A DNA stretch of 64,000 nt from a virus (taxonomy: Duplodnaviria; Caudoviricetes): the IMG/VR virus record IMGVR_UViG_2974753081_000001, positions 72,320-136,319 of that record. One strand, 5' to 3'. The notes beneath the pieces are model-generated. The model ran no database searches, had not been told where the DNA came from, and saw only the letters and a list, made by a program, of their open reading frames with translations. Made by a program: the position numbers and the translations under genes. Every line of letters starts with the position of its first letter. The stretch's first letter is position 1. Positions 51,643-60,189 of the stretch are shown piece after piece.

Positions 51643-51984
51643 ATGTACACCACCCCCAACACCGCAGCCGCCACCTTCCAGGTCGGACAGGTCCTGGCCG
51701 AGCCTCTGGTCACCGACACCATCACCTACGAGGTCGTCAAGACCACCGCCCACACCGTCACCGTCCGCCGGACCCAGGACGGCGGCGAGCCGATCCGGGA
51801 CCTCAAGGTCGACCAGGGTGACTACCCGGTCCTCTGGACCCCTCAGGTCCCCTGCCCCGAAGCGCCCGCCAAGACCCTCCGCATCCGCAAGGACGGAAGC
51901 ATCCGCTTCGGCGGCGGCTACAAGCTCCGCCCCGCAGCCACGATCGAAGGCCAGCCCGTCCGGCGCGTCGATTACCGGTTCTAG
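51643..51984 (+). CDS. Hypothetical protein
   Basis: GGAGG RBS after cassette 7. Confidence 0.75.
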   Translation: MYTTPNTAAATFQVGQVLAEPLVTDTITYEVVKTTAHTVTVRRTQDGGEPIRDLKVDQGDYPVLWTPQVPCPEAPAKTLRIRKDGSIRFGGGYKLRPAATIEGQPVRRVDYRF

Positions 51985-51990
51985 TCCGAG

Positions 51991-52014
51991 GAGCGGGGGC
52001 TTCGGCCCCCGCTC
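51991..52014 (+). terminator. Intrinsic terminator
   Basis: GAGCGGGGGC-TTCG-GCCCCCGCTC followed by TCTT. Confidence 0.8.
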
Positions 52015-52042
52015 TCTTCGGCTCCTACGGGCTCTCCCCGAC

Positions 52043-52094
52043 TTGCATCTGACGCTACACGTGTGTATATTCGTAGTTGTAAGGGCCACCGGCC
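52043..52094 (+). promoter_or_regulatory. SigA-type promoter cassette 8
   Basis: TTGCAT-N17-TATATT, GGCC-ACC-GGCC. Confidence 0.85.
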
Positions 52095-52119
52095 ACCAAG
52101 CCTCACAGAGGAGATTCCG

Positions 52120-52392
52120 ATGAACGACATGATGCACCGCCCCGAGGTTTCCTTCCCGCTTCGCGCGATCGGCAAGGGCGAGTACGAGGGCACCAAGGTC
52201 ATCAACGGCACCAAGGTCGTCATGAACGCCGACAAGTCGATGTGGGCCGAGAACACCTGGAGCCTGCACGTCTGGACCGTCAAGGCCGACGAGGACGGTT
52301 ACGAGCGATACACCCTCATCCACAAGAGCACCGAGTGGAGCCTGAAGGACTGCCGGATGCAGGCCAAGATGATCGCCACCTACGAAATCTGA
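52120..52392 (+). CDS. Hypothetical protein
   Basis: GAGGAG RBS after cassette 8. Confidence 0.7.
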   Translation: MNDMMHRPEVSFPLRAIGKGEYEGTKVINGTKVVMNADKSMWAENTWSLHVWTVKADEDGYERYTLIHKSTEWSLKDCRMQAKMIATYEI

Positions 52393-52424
52393 TCCCCACC
52401 CCGGCCAACTGATCCCACCAAGGG

Positions 52425-52446
52425 GGCGGGGGCTTCGGCCCCCGCC
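52425..52446 (+). terminator. Hairpin terminator
   Basis: GGCGGGGGC-TTCG-GCCCCCGCC. Confidence 0.75.
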
Positions 52447-52473
52447 ATCCCCATTCCCAGAACGGAACCCGCC

Positions 52474-52788
52474 ATGAACCCCGCCCAGATCGCTGCCTAC
52501 CGCGCCGCTGCTCTCGCCGATTTCTCCGACCGTGACCTGCTCAACGAACTGCTCTCGCGCGTCGGACAGCGCGTAGCTCAGCTCCCGGAAGTTCGGGTCG
52601 GCGAGATCGACGTGGACGTGAACGACGCGATGATGGAAGCCGCCATCGACCTGGCTGCCGAGATGGGTGTCGACGCAGACGACGTCGCGCGCCCGGACCC
52701 CAAGCCGGAGATGGACATCGTCGTCTCGGCGGCGGAGCTGTTCTACGGCCTCTCGGCGCTGGCGGGCTTCGACATCGTCACCATCTAG
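52474..52788 (+). CDS. Hypothetical protein
   Basis: 104-aa acidic ORF. Confidence 0.6.
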   Translation: MNPAQIAAYRAAALADFSDRDLLNELLSRVGQRVAQLPEVRVGEIDVDVNDAMMEAAIDLAAEMGVDADDVARPDPKPEMDIVVSAAELFYGLSALAGFDIVTI

Positions 52789-52791
52789 GAC

Positions 52792-52852
52792 TTGCGCTGC
52801 GCGCTACACGTGTGTATATTTAGTGGTGTCAGGAAGACCAAGGCCGCAGGCC
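52792..52852 (+). promoter_or_regulatory. SigA-type promoter cassette 9
   Basis: TTGCGC-N17-TATATT, GGCC-GCA-GGCC. Confidence 0.85.
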
Positions 52853-52875
52853 ACCAACACCCTCAGGGAGTCACC

Positions 52876-53139
52876 ATGAACGCCATCGACATTCAGACCG
52901 TCACGATTGTTCGAGAGGGCGAAGAGATCGTGAAGGTCTTCGCCGGAGCCCACCGGGTCCGCGCTGTAGCCGAGAAGATGTTCCCCGAGAGCGTCCAGCA
53001 GACGTGGGAGACCCTGGCCGACCCCACGGTCGTCACCCATTGCATCGAGTCCAGGTACTTCGTCATCCGAGGCATCGACCATCGCGGCGACTACGAACGC
53101 TTGTTCCGCGTCAGCCACGAGCCGGTCGAGACCTTCTGA
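52876..53139 (+). CDS. Hypothetical protein
   Basis: GGAG RBS after cassette 9; starts MNAIDIQT. Confidence 0.7.
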   Translation: MNAIDIQTVTIVREGEEIVKVFAGAHRVRAVAEKMFPESVQQTWETLADPTVVTHCIESRYFVIRGIDHRGDYERLFRVSHEPVETF

Positions 53140-53154
53140 GTCACCAGCTAGGAC

Positions 53155-53206
53155 TTGCACTAAACGCTACACCTGTGTATATTTAGTGGTGTCAGGGACG
53201 CAGTCC
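53155..53206 (+). promoter_or_regulatory. SigA-type promoter cassette 10
   Basis: TTGCAC-N17-TATATT, TACAC-CT-GTGTA, GGAC-GCA-GTCC. Confidence 0.85.
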
Positions 53207-53229
53207 ACCACCTCCACGAAGGAGTCACC

Positions 53230-53472
53230 ATGAAGACCATCGACATCCAGACCATCATCGCCTGCGCCGCCGGACGCATCGTCGGTCGAGTCGGAGCCGA
53301 GCGCATTGTCGACTTCGCCTACAGCCCCGAGCTTCATCCCTCCGCCCAGGCGCTGTTCGCCAAGGAGATCGACCGCGAAATGCGCAACGTGATCAGCCGC
53401 CTTCCGGTCACCGTCCGTCGCGAGGCCCTGGAGCTTGCGGTCGTCGAGCGCGCTGAGGCCCTCACCTTCTGA
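53230..53472 (+). CDS. Hypothetical protein
   Basis: AAGGAG RBS; starts MKTIDIQT. Confidence 0.7.
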   Translation: MKTIDIQTIIACAAGRIVGRVGAERIVDFAYSPELHPSAQALFAKEIDREMRNVISRLPVTVRREALELAVVERAEALTF

Positions 53473-53528
53473 TCCGATCCCGGAGGGGCATCCTGCCCCT
53501 CCCCCACCCCCGACCTGAGGAGGTCCCC

Positions 53529-53822
53529 ATGTCCGACACCACCGCCCGCGTCATGAACACCACCGACGTGCTCAACGCCGCCGAGGTCATCGAGGCCGCG
53601 ATCCAGGGCAAGTCGGTCGCGCTGATCGACGTGCTCGGCAACGTCTCCTACGGCACCGCTCGCAGCATCGGCGACGAGCAGGGGTACTTCGCTCGCGGCG
53701 ACGAGGACGTGCGCGACTGCTACCTGCGCATCACGATGCGCTCGGGCGTCGAGCGGTTCGAGAAGGTCAGCGACCTGATGAACGGGCTGCGCACGACGTT
53801 CTTCCCCGGCGCTCACGAGTGA
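53529..53822 (+). CDS. Hypothetical protein
   Basis: CCCGACC and GAGGAGG RBS. Confidence 0.7.
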   Translation: MSDTTARVMNTTDVLNAAEVIEAAIQGKSVALIDVLGNVSYGTARSIGDEQGYFARGDEDVRDCYLRITMRSGVERFEKVSDLMNGLRTTFFPGAHE

Positions 53823-53829
53823 CCCGCAC

Positions 53830-53883
53830 GGGCTCCCTCTCGATGTAGTGTTAACACCAAACGCCACATCGAGCAGGGAGCCC
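53830..53883 (+). promoter_or_regulatory. RBS-sequestering hairpin with TAGTGTTAACAC in its loop
   Basis: GGGCTCCCT-CTCGATGT pairs with ACATCGAG-(C)-AGGGAGCCC; TTG start at 53886. Confidence 0.7.
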
Positions 53884-53885
53884 CG

Positions 53886-55220
53886 TTGTCTGAGGAGACC
53901 GCGACCATCACCCCGTCGGCCACCGGCCATCACGAGGTCAACCACCCGTCCGAGCTGAACCTGGCGAAGAAGAATCCCCGCAAGGGTGACGTCGACATCA
54001 TCGCCTCCAGCCTCCGGGCCAACAGCCAGTACAAGCCGGTCACGGTCAACCGGGGCACCTACACCGGGCGTCCGATGGAGGTCCTGGCCGGTAACCACAC
54101 CGTGAAGGCCATCCGCAATCTCGCTGAAAAATATCCAGATGACGAGCGATGGCAGCGGGTCGACTGCTGGGTGATCGACGTGGACGACGACCGGGCCAAC
54201 CGGATCGTGCTCGCCGACAACCGCACCGCCGACCTCGGTGGGTACGACGAGGATGTCCTGCTGGACCTGCTGCAGGACGTCACGAGCCTGGAGGGCACCG
54301 GCTACTCCGCCGAGGACCTGGCCGCGCTTCAGCAGGACCTGCAGCCCAACGAGCCCAAGGCCGACCCCGACGACGCCCCGCCGCTGCCAGAGTTCACCGC
54401 GCGCTGCGAGGTCGGCCAGGTCTGGAAGCTCGGCCCGCACCGGCTCGCGGTCGGCAGCTCCACCGACGAGGCCCTGATGGACCGCCTCATGGCTTCGATG
54501 GGCTGCGAGGGGATCGACGGCCTGCTCACCGACCCGCCCTACGGCGTCTCCTACGTCGGGGCCAAGGACATGTCGATCGAGAACGACGAGCTGCGCGACG
54601 ACGCGCTGCAGGAGCTGGTCCAGGCCGCGCTGGCGAACGGCGAGCGGTACATGCCTCCCGGCACCCCGTGGTACATCTTCGGGCCATCCAACGAGCAGCA
54701 GATGTCGTTCCGGCTCGCACTGAAGGCGCTCGGCTGGCTGGTCCGGTCGGAGTGCGTGTGGGTGAAGAACGCGCTCGTGCTCGGTCGCGGCGACTACCAG
54801 CCCAAGCACGAATCTTGCCTGACCGGCGGCGACGACCCCGACACCGACGGCTGGGACGAGGAGCCGCCGCCCCCGGAGGGGCACGACGTCGCGCTCTACG
54901 GCTGGAAGCACGGCGCGGCGCACCGCTGGCTCGGCGACCGCAAGCAGACGACCGTGTGGGAGCACCCCAAGCCTCGGTCGTCGGCAGACCATCCGACGAT
55001 GAAGCCGGTCGACCTGTTCGCGGCCATCCTCGCCAACTCGGTGCAGCCCGGCGGCATCGTGCTCGACCTGTTCTGCGGCTCCGGCACCACCGTGGCTGCT
55101 GCGTTCCTCACCGGGCGCAAGGCGGCGACGTTCGAGCTGGACCCGCGCTACGCCGACGTCATCCTGACGCGCTGGAAGAACATCTCCGGCGAGGACCCTG
55201 AGCTGGACGAGACGGTCTGA
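53886..55220 (+). CDS. ParB-like domain / N6-N4 DNA methyltransferase fusion
   Basis: NPRKG...LAGNHT...LADNRT (ParB/Srx); TDPPY, HPTMKP, LDLFCGSGTT (beta-class amino-MTase). Confidence 0.92.
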   Translation: MSEETATITPSATGHHEVNHPSELNLAKKNPRKGDVDIIASSLRANSQYKPVTVNRGTYTGRPMEVLAGNHTVKAIRNLAEKYPDDERWQRVDCWVIDVDDDRANRIVLADNRTADLGGYDEDVLLDLLQDVTSLEGTGYSAEDLAALQQDLQPNEPKADPDDAPPLPEFTARCEVGQVWKLGPHRLAVGSSTDEALMDRLMASMGCEGIDGLLTDPPYGVSYVGAKDMSIENDELRDDALQELVQAALANGERYMPPGTPWYIFGPSNEQQMSFRLALKALGWLVRSECVWVKNALVLGRGDYQPKHESCLTGGDDPDTDGWDEEPPPPEGHDVALYGWKHGAAHRWLGDRKQTTVWEHPKPRSSADHPTMKPVDLFAAILANSVQPGGIVLDLFCGSGTTVAAAFLTGRKAATFELDPRYADVILTRWKNISGEDPELDETV

Positions 55221-55221
55221 C

Positions 55222-55626
55222 ATGACTGCACCGGATCAGCCGATCTCCCTGGAGCGCGCTCTCCAGTTGCGCAAGGCCGGGGCCACGATCCCCCGCCTCG
55301 CGCGGATGACTCAGCTGCCGGTCAACGAGTTCCAGGGCGAGCTGGCCGCGCTGCTGTTCGACAAGCACCCCGGCGTCGACTCCGATACCGCGCTCGCCCT
55401 GGAACAGCTCGACGCCCTCACGGCGGGCCTGTGGCCCAAGGTCGTGGCCGGAGACCCGTCGGCGGTCTCTCAGGTTCTCAACGTCGCATCGCGGCGTGAG
55501 GTGCTGCTCAGCAAACCGCAGCGACGCACTCCATCGCAGAAGCTCGACAGTGCGGTGGCTGAACTCGTCGCGCGTACGCGCGGCACCTACGGAGAGGCCG
55601 ACGATGAGGGTATCGAGCAGAGCTGA
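55222..55626 (+). CDS. HTH protein, possibly small-terminase-like
   Basis: ALQLRKAGATI...LEQLD.L..GLWPK...GD..AV. Confidence 0.5.
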   Translation: MTAPDQPISLERALQLRKAGATIPRLARMTQLPVNEFQGELAALLFDKHPGVDSDTALALEQLDALTAGLWPKVVAGDPSAVSQVLNVASRREVLLSKPQRRTPSQKLDSAVAELVARTRGTYGEADDEGIEQS

Positions 55627-56157
55627 GTTCCTGGACGGACCGCTGCAGGGGCAGGTCCGCGAGTTCGACCGGTCCGAGCCCCCGCTGTCGGTCTACACCT
55701 CCACCTCCGGTGGCCGCTCGACCGAGTACGTCCGCGACATGAATCCGTTCGATGACGGCGAGATGTGGGTCTACATGCTGAAGGTCTCGGTGGACGATCC
55801 GGCCACGGGTAGCGTTGAGTCATGAGCATTCGCTGGGAATGGGACAACGGTTCGATGGTCGCGACCGAGGGCGACTTTCGGCTGCGAGTGAACAGCTCGG
55901 TCACCTCCGGATACGGCGGCTTCATCTACCACAAGTCGGACATGGTGTTTTCGGACACCTACACCACCATCGGCCAGGCCCAGCGTGACCTGGAGGCTCG
56001 TTTGGCCGACCAACGCTACCGGCTGCGCGAGCCGGTTCCCGAGGCCCCGCAGGGCGTCGGGCAGATCGCTCCGGGTTATGTCCTGGACCAGGCCGACGTG
56101 GCTGCGATCGAATACGTGCAATCCCAAGTGAATCCCTGATCGGAGAGGTCCGAGTAC

Positions 56158-56622
56158 ATGAGCAACAAGCAGATGCACGGCGTCTGGCTGTCCACCGAGT
56201 CATTCACGTCGGGCGAGGGTCCGGCGCTGGCTGGCGAGGCGACCTGGGACGAGGTCCTGGAGTCGATCAAATCCAGCGAGCACACCGCGAACCTGCGGGC
56301 GGTGTTCGTCGCCACGCTCGTCAGCGAGAGCTGGGTGCCGCTGTCGTTCGCCCGTCCCGCCTCGGGCAAGAGCAACGCCATCAGCGACGTCCAGGCGCGC
56401 AAGTACCTCGCCGCTCGCGAGAAGGCACGCGGCAGTGGTCCCGAGTCGGCCCCCGAGCCCGCCCCAGCGGCCCAGCCGGTCGAGTCCGCTCCGCAACAGG
56501 CCGAGGGTGAGATCGTGCTCCGGTTGGCTCCGCACGTGGCCGAGGTGCTTCGCGACGCCTTCAACCTGATCGCCTCGGGCCGTCCGGTCGTGATCCAAAC
56601 GGTCGAGCAGCCATCGCAGTAG
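56158..56622 (+). CDS. Hypothetical protein
   Basis: 154 aa with GAGG RBS. Confidence 0.65.
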   Translation: MSNKQMHGVWLSTESFTSGEGPALAGEATWDEVLESIKSSEHTANLRAVFVATLVSESWVPLSFARPASGKSNAISDVQARKYLAAREKARGSGPESAPEPAPAAQPVESAPQQAEGEIVLRLAPHVAEVLRDAFNLIASGRPVVIQTVEQPSQ

Positions 56623-56693
56623 GCTCCCAGGTGGAACCTCTGCCAGACTTGACGCAGGTAGTGGTTAGAGGTACGTCCCGTTAGGAGCCCCCG

Positions 56694-59600
56694 GTGAAGA
56701 AGCGTCTGACCCTGAACTTCAAGCGGTCCATCGCCAGCGAGTACAACCGTGGCGATCGGCTTGAAGTCGTCGTGACGCCGCTGGACACCGCGAGCAGCCC
56801 CGACGGAAACGTCACCCTGGTCGAACAGAAGCAGGTGCAGCGGGTAACCCTCCGCAACGAGGTGACCCCGCTGTACTTCGACATCACTCCGACCTACGAG
56901 CCCGGCCTGACCGAGCCGATTTTTTATCGGATCGCCTGGCGCGTGGGCAATCTCGGGCGCATCACCGAGACCGACTTCGCCATGCCGGACCGCGATGTCG
57001 ACTTCGACGACCTCGGCGAACTCGGCAACATCATCGACGGCCAGTCCTACCTGCGTGAGGCTGACCTCGGCGTGGCGGGCCGCGTAGCTCGGCTCAACAA
57101 CGACGGCAACGTGCTCGACGCCCAGGGCAATGAGATCGGCGCGATCTCGCTGGGGCCGATCACCGCTGCGCTGTCTCAGGAGGTCCGCGACCGTCAGAGC
57201 GCGGTGGCCGACATGGACCGCCGCCTGACGGTTCGCCTGGAGACCCAGGTGACCTCGCTGTCGGCGACGATAAACACCCGCGTCTCCACCGAGGCACAGA
57301 ACCGCGCGAACGCGCTGGCCGTGGAGAAGCTGGAGCGCGAGCTGGGCGACCAGGCGGTCAACGACCGTGTCACCTCGCTGCAGCAGCAGAACAACACCTC
57401 GATCACCGGCCTGACGAATCGCGTCAACGCCCACGACACCGCACTGGCTGGCAAGGCCGACCTGGTCAATGGCAAGCTGGCGACCTCCCAGATTCCGGCC
57501 ATCTCGCTCATCACCCGCGTCACCGTGCCGGACGAGGCGGCGATGCTCGCGCTCACCCGCTCGCAGGTCCAGCCGGGCGACCTCGCTGTTCGTCCGGACG
57601 GCAACTGGCAGCTGTTCGGCGACGACCCCTCCGACATCGAGAACTGGATGCCTACGTCGTCAGGCGGCAACGTCGCCTCCGTCAACGGGCAGACCGGCAT
57701 CGTTGTGCTGTCGGCGGCGGACGTGGGCGCTCGCGCGCGCAACGAGGCGATCCCGCAGGCTGACGTCAACGGGCTGGTCTCTGCACTGAGCGCCCGCGCG
57801 ACCACCGCGCAGCTGTCGACCACCAACAGCAACGTCACCGCGCTCACCGGGCGGATGACCACCGCCGAGGCGACGCTGACCACCCTCGACGGGCAGGTCA
57901 TCAAGAAGGTCGACGGCCTGCTGCCGACCGCGCTGCTCGGCGACGACGTGCCGCGCGTGAACTCCGAGAACCACCTGGTGCGCAAGGATGGCACCCTCAT
58001 CACCACGGGCGGCGGCGGTACCGGCGGTGGCGCGGTGGACTCGGTCAACAACAAGGTCGGCGCGGTCATCCTGAACGCCTCCGACGTCGGCGCGCGTCCG
58101 GTGGGTGTACCCATCCCGCAGTCCGAGGTTGACGGCCTGGTCCCGGCACTGAACGCCAAGACCGACAGCACGACCACCCAGGCCCTGGCGACCCGCGTCT
58201 CGCGCGCAGAGGTCGACATCGCCGACCTGCAGGCCAATGGTGGCGGTGGCGGCACGGGCACTTCGTCCAAGACGAGCGTGTCGTGGGTGGCCGACGTCGA
58301 GACCGATCCCCGGCTGGTCACGGTCAAGTCTCCGTTCGGCCTGTTCGGCGGCTCGGGCGCTCCGTACTACGACCCCAACGGTGCGATGGAGGGCGAGGCC
58401 GCTGTCCCCTACGTGGACGAGAACGGCTACCTGCACATCCGGCGACTCAACCCCAACGCCACCCCCGCTCCGGTCCCGGCCAGCCAGGGCGCGCTGTCGG
58501 ACCTGACCACCCGCGTCACGCTGGTCGAGCAGCGGGCCAAGCCGGAGACCGGCTGGTCCTACGACGACATGGACGCGACGCTCCAGGCGAGCCTCGACGT
58601 CGTGGACAACGCCACCGCTTCCAGCTCCGGCGACTCGCTGGTGCTGCGCAACACGGCGGGCACCTTTGCGGTCTCCGAACCAACCGGCGCGAGCCACCCC
58701 GCGACCAAGGGCTACGTCGACACCGGCCTGTCGGGCAAGGCGAGCACCGCTTCGGTCACCTCGCTGACGTCCACCGTCAACGGCAAGGCGAGCCAGTCTG
58801 ATCTCTCGGCGCTGACCACCCGCGTGTCGAATGCCGAGAGCGCCTTCGCGGGCAAGGCGGACCTGGACGGAACCGGCAAGCTCGCCATCGGCCAGCTCCC
58901 CGCGCTGTCGGGGGCGAACATCTCCGGCTGGTCCACCAAGGCCGACCTGGACGGCGCGGGCAAGGTTCCGCTGTCGCAGGTCCCCACCGGCATCCCCCAG
59001 GCGAGCGTCAACGGCCTGACTTCTGCGCTCGCGGCCAAGGCTGATCTGGTCAACGGGAAGCTGTCCACCAGCCAGATTCCCGCGCTCGCCATCGGCGACA
59101 CCGTCTCGGTCGCCAACCGTGCGGCCCTGCTCGCGCTCACCCCTACCCAGGTGCAGCGCGGCGACATCGGCATCATCGAGGACACCTCGGACAAGGGCAC
59201 CTACCGCCTGATCGCCGACGATCCCTCGCAGTGGGTGAACTGGAAGGCGCTCTCCCTCGGCGGTGGCTCGGTCACCTCGGTCAACGGCCAGACGGGCATC
59301 ATCACGCTCGGCGCTGCCGATGTGGGCGCACGCTCGGCGAGCACCCCGGTGCCGCAGGCCGACGTCGCCAACCTGGTCTCTGATCTCTCGGCCAAGGCCG
59401 CGACGAGCTATGTCGACGCCCAGGTCGCCACCCGCACCACCCCGGCGGCGGTCACTACCCAGATCAACTCGCAGTCGGTCTCCAAGCCCGCTGTCGACTA
59501 CGTCGCCACCAGCCCCGTGTCGCTGTCGGGCGCGCAGTCGGTGGACGGCGTCCTGGTCGGCGCGGGCAAGCGCGTGCTGCTCACCGCGCAGGCGGCATCG

Positions 59601-60143
59601 GCACAGAACGGCATCTACGTTTCGGCGACCGGAGCCTGGCTGCGCGCGACCGATGGCGCGGCGGGCTCGACGTTCATGCCCAACACCGTCGTCGCGGTCC
59701 GGGGCGGCGCGAGCAACAGCAACTCGATCTGGCAGCTGACCACCACGACCTCCGGCGTCGTGGACACCAACGCGCAGAACTGGAGCAAGGTGCTCCAGGG
59801 CGGTCCCCCGCTGGTCTACACCGCTGGCAACGGCATCGACATCACCAACCAGGTGGCGTCGGTCAAGCTCGCGGCCAATCCCGGCCTGATCGCCGACAGC
59901 AACGGACTGCGCCTGGATACCAGCGCGGTCATCCGCAAGTTCGCGGGCACGGTCCCCGGCGGCGGCACGACGGTCACCATCGACCACAACCTCGGTACGA
60001 CCGACATCACGTTCGCGATGTGGGAGGTCGCGACGAACACCCTCGTCGCCATCGCACCGTCGATCCTGAACGCCAACCAGATCAGTCTGGAGTTCGCCGT
60101 GGCCCCGTCGGCGAATCAGTTCCGCGTCGTTATGACTGGCTGA
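56694..60143 (+). CDS. Large repeat-rich fibre / minor tail protein
   Basis: SVNG.TG...L.A.DVGAR x3, KADLVNGKL.TSQIPA...LALT..QVQ.GD x2, ATKGYVDT, QNGIYV, C-terminal HNLGT. Confidence 0.75.
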   Translation: MKKRLTLNFKRSIASEYNRGDRLEVVVTPLDTASSPDGNVTLVEQKQVQRVTLRNEVTPLYFDITPTYEPGLTEPIFYRIAWRVGNLGRITETDFAMPDRDVDFDDLGELGNIIDGQSYLREADLGVAGRVARLNNDGNVLDAQGNEIGAISLGPITAALSQEVRDRQSAVADMDRRLTVRLETQVTSLSATINTRVSTEAQNRANALAVEKLERELGDQAVNDRVTSLQQQNNTSITGLTNRVNAHDTALAGKADLVNGKLATSQIPAISLITRVTVPDEAAMLALTRSQVQPGDLAVRPDGNWQLFGDDPSDIENWMPTSSGGNVASVNGQTGIVVLSAADVGARARNEAIPQADVNGLVSALSARATTAQLSTTNSNVTALTGRMTTAEATLTTLDGQVIKKVDGLLPTALLGDDVPRVNSENHLVRKDGTLITTGGGGTGGGAVDSVNNKVGAVILNASDVGARPVGVPIPQSEVDGLVPALNAKTDSTTTQALATRVSRAEVDIADLQANGGGGGTGTSSKTSVSWVADVETDPRLVTVKSPFGLFGGSGAPYYDPNGAMEGEAAVPYVDENGYLHIRRLNPNATPAPVPASQGALSDLTTRVTLVEQRAKPETGWSYDDMDATLQASLDVVDNATASSSGDSLVLRNTAGTFAVSEPTGASHPATKGYVDTGLSGKASTASVTSLTSTVNGKASQSDLSALTTRVSNAESAFAGKADLDGTGKLAIGQLPALSGANISGWSTKADLDGAGKVPLSQVPTGIPQASVNGLTSALAAKADLVNGKLSTSQIPALAIGDTVSVANRAALLALTPTQVQRGDIGIIEDTSDKGTYRLIADDPSQWVNWKALSLGGGSVTSVNGQTGIITLGAADVGARSASTPVPQADVANLVSDLSAKAATSYVDAQVATRTTPAAVTTQINSQSVSKPAVDYVATSPVSLSGAQSVDGVLVGAGKRVLLTAQAASAQNGIYVSATGAWLRATDGAAGSTFMPNTVVAVRGGASNSNSIWQLTTTTSGVVDTNAQNWSKVLQGGPPLVYTAGNGIDITNQVASVKLAANPGLIADSNGLRLDTSAVIRKFAGTVPGGGTTVTIDHNLGTTDITFAMWEVATNTLVAIAPSILNANQISLEFAVAPSANQFRVVMTG

Positions 60144-60189
60144 CGCGGCCTACGGTGGGAGGCCACCAACTCACTGGAGGTGAGCGAAA

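Noticed and set aside
49640-53206. Clustered repeats as a CRISPR array or integron attC array
   Set aside because: Intervals are whole genes of 300-1900 bp, the repeats have -35/-10 geometry, and no cas operon, integrase or attC dyad is present
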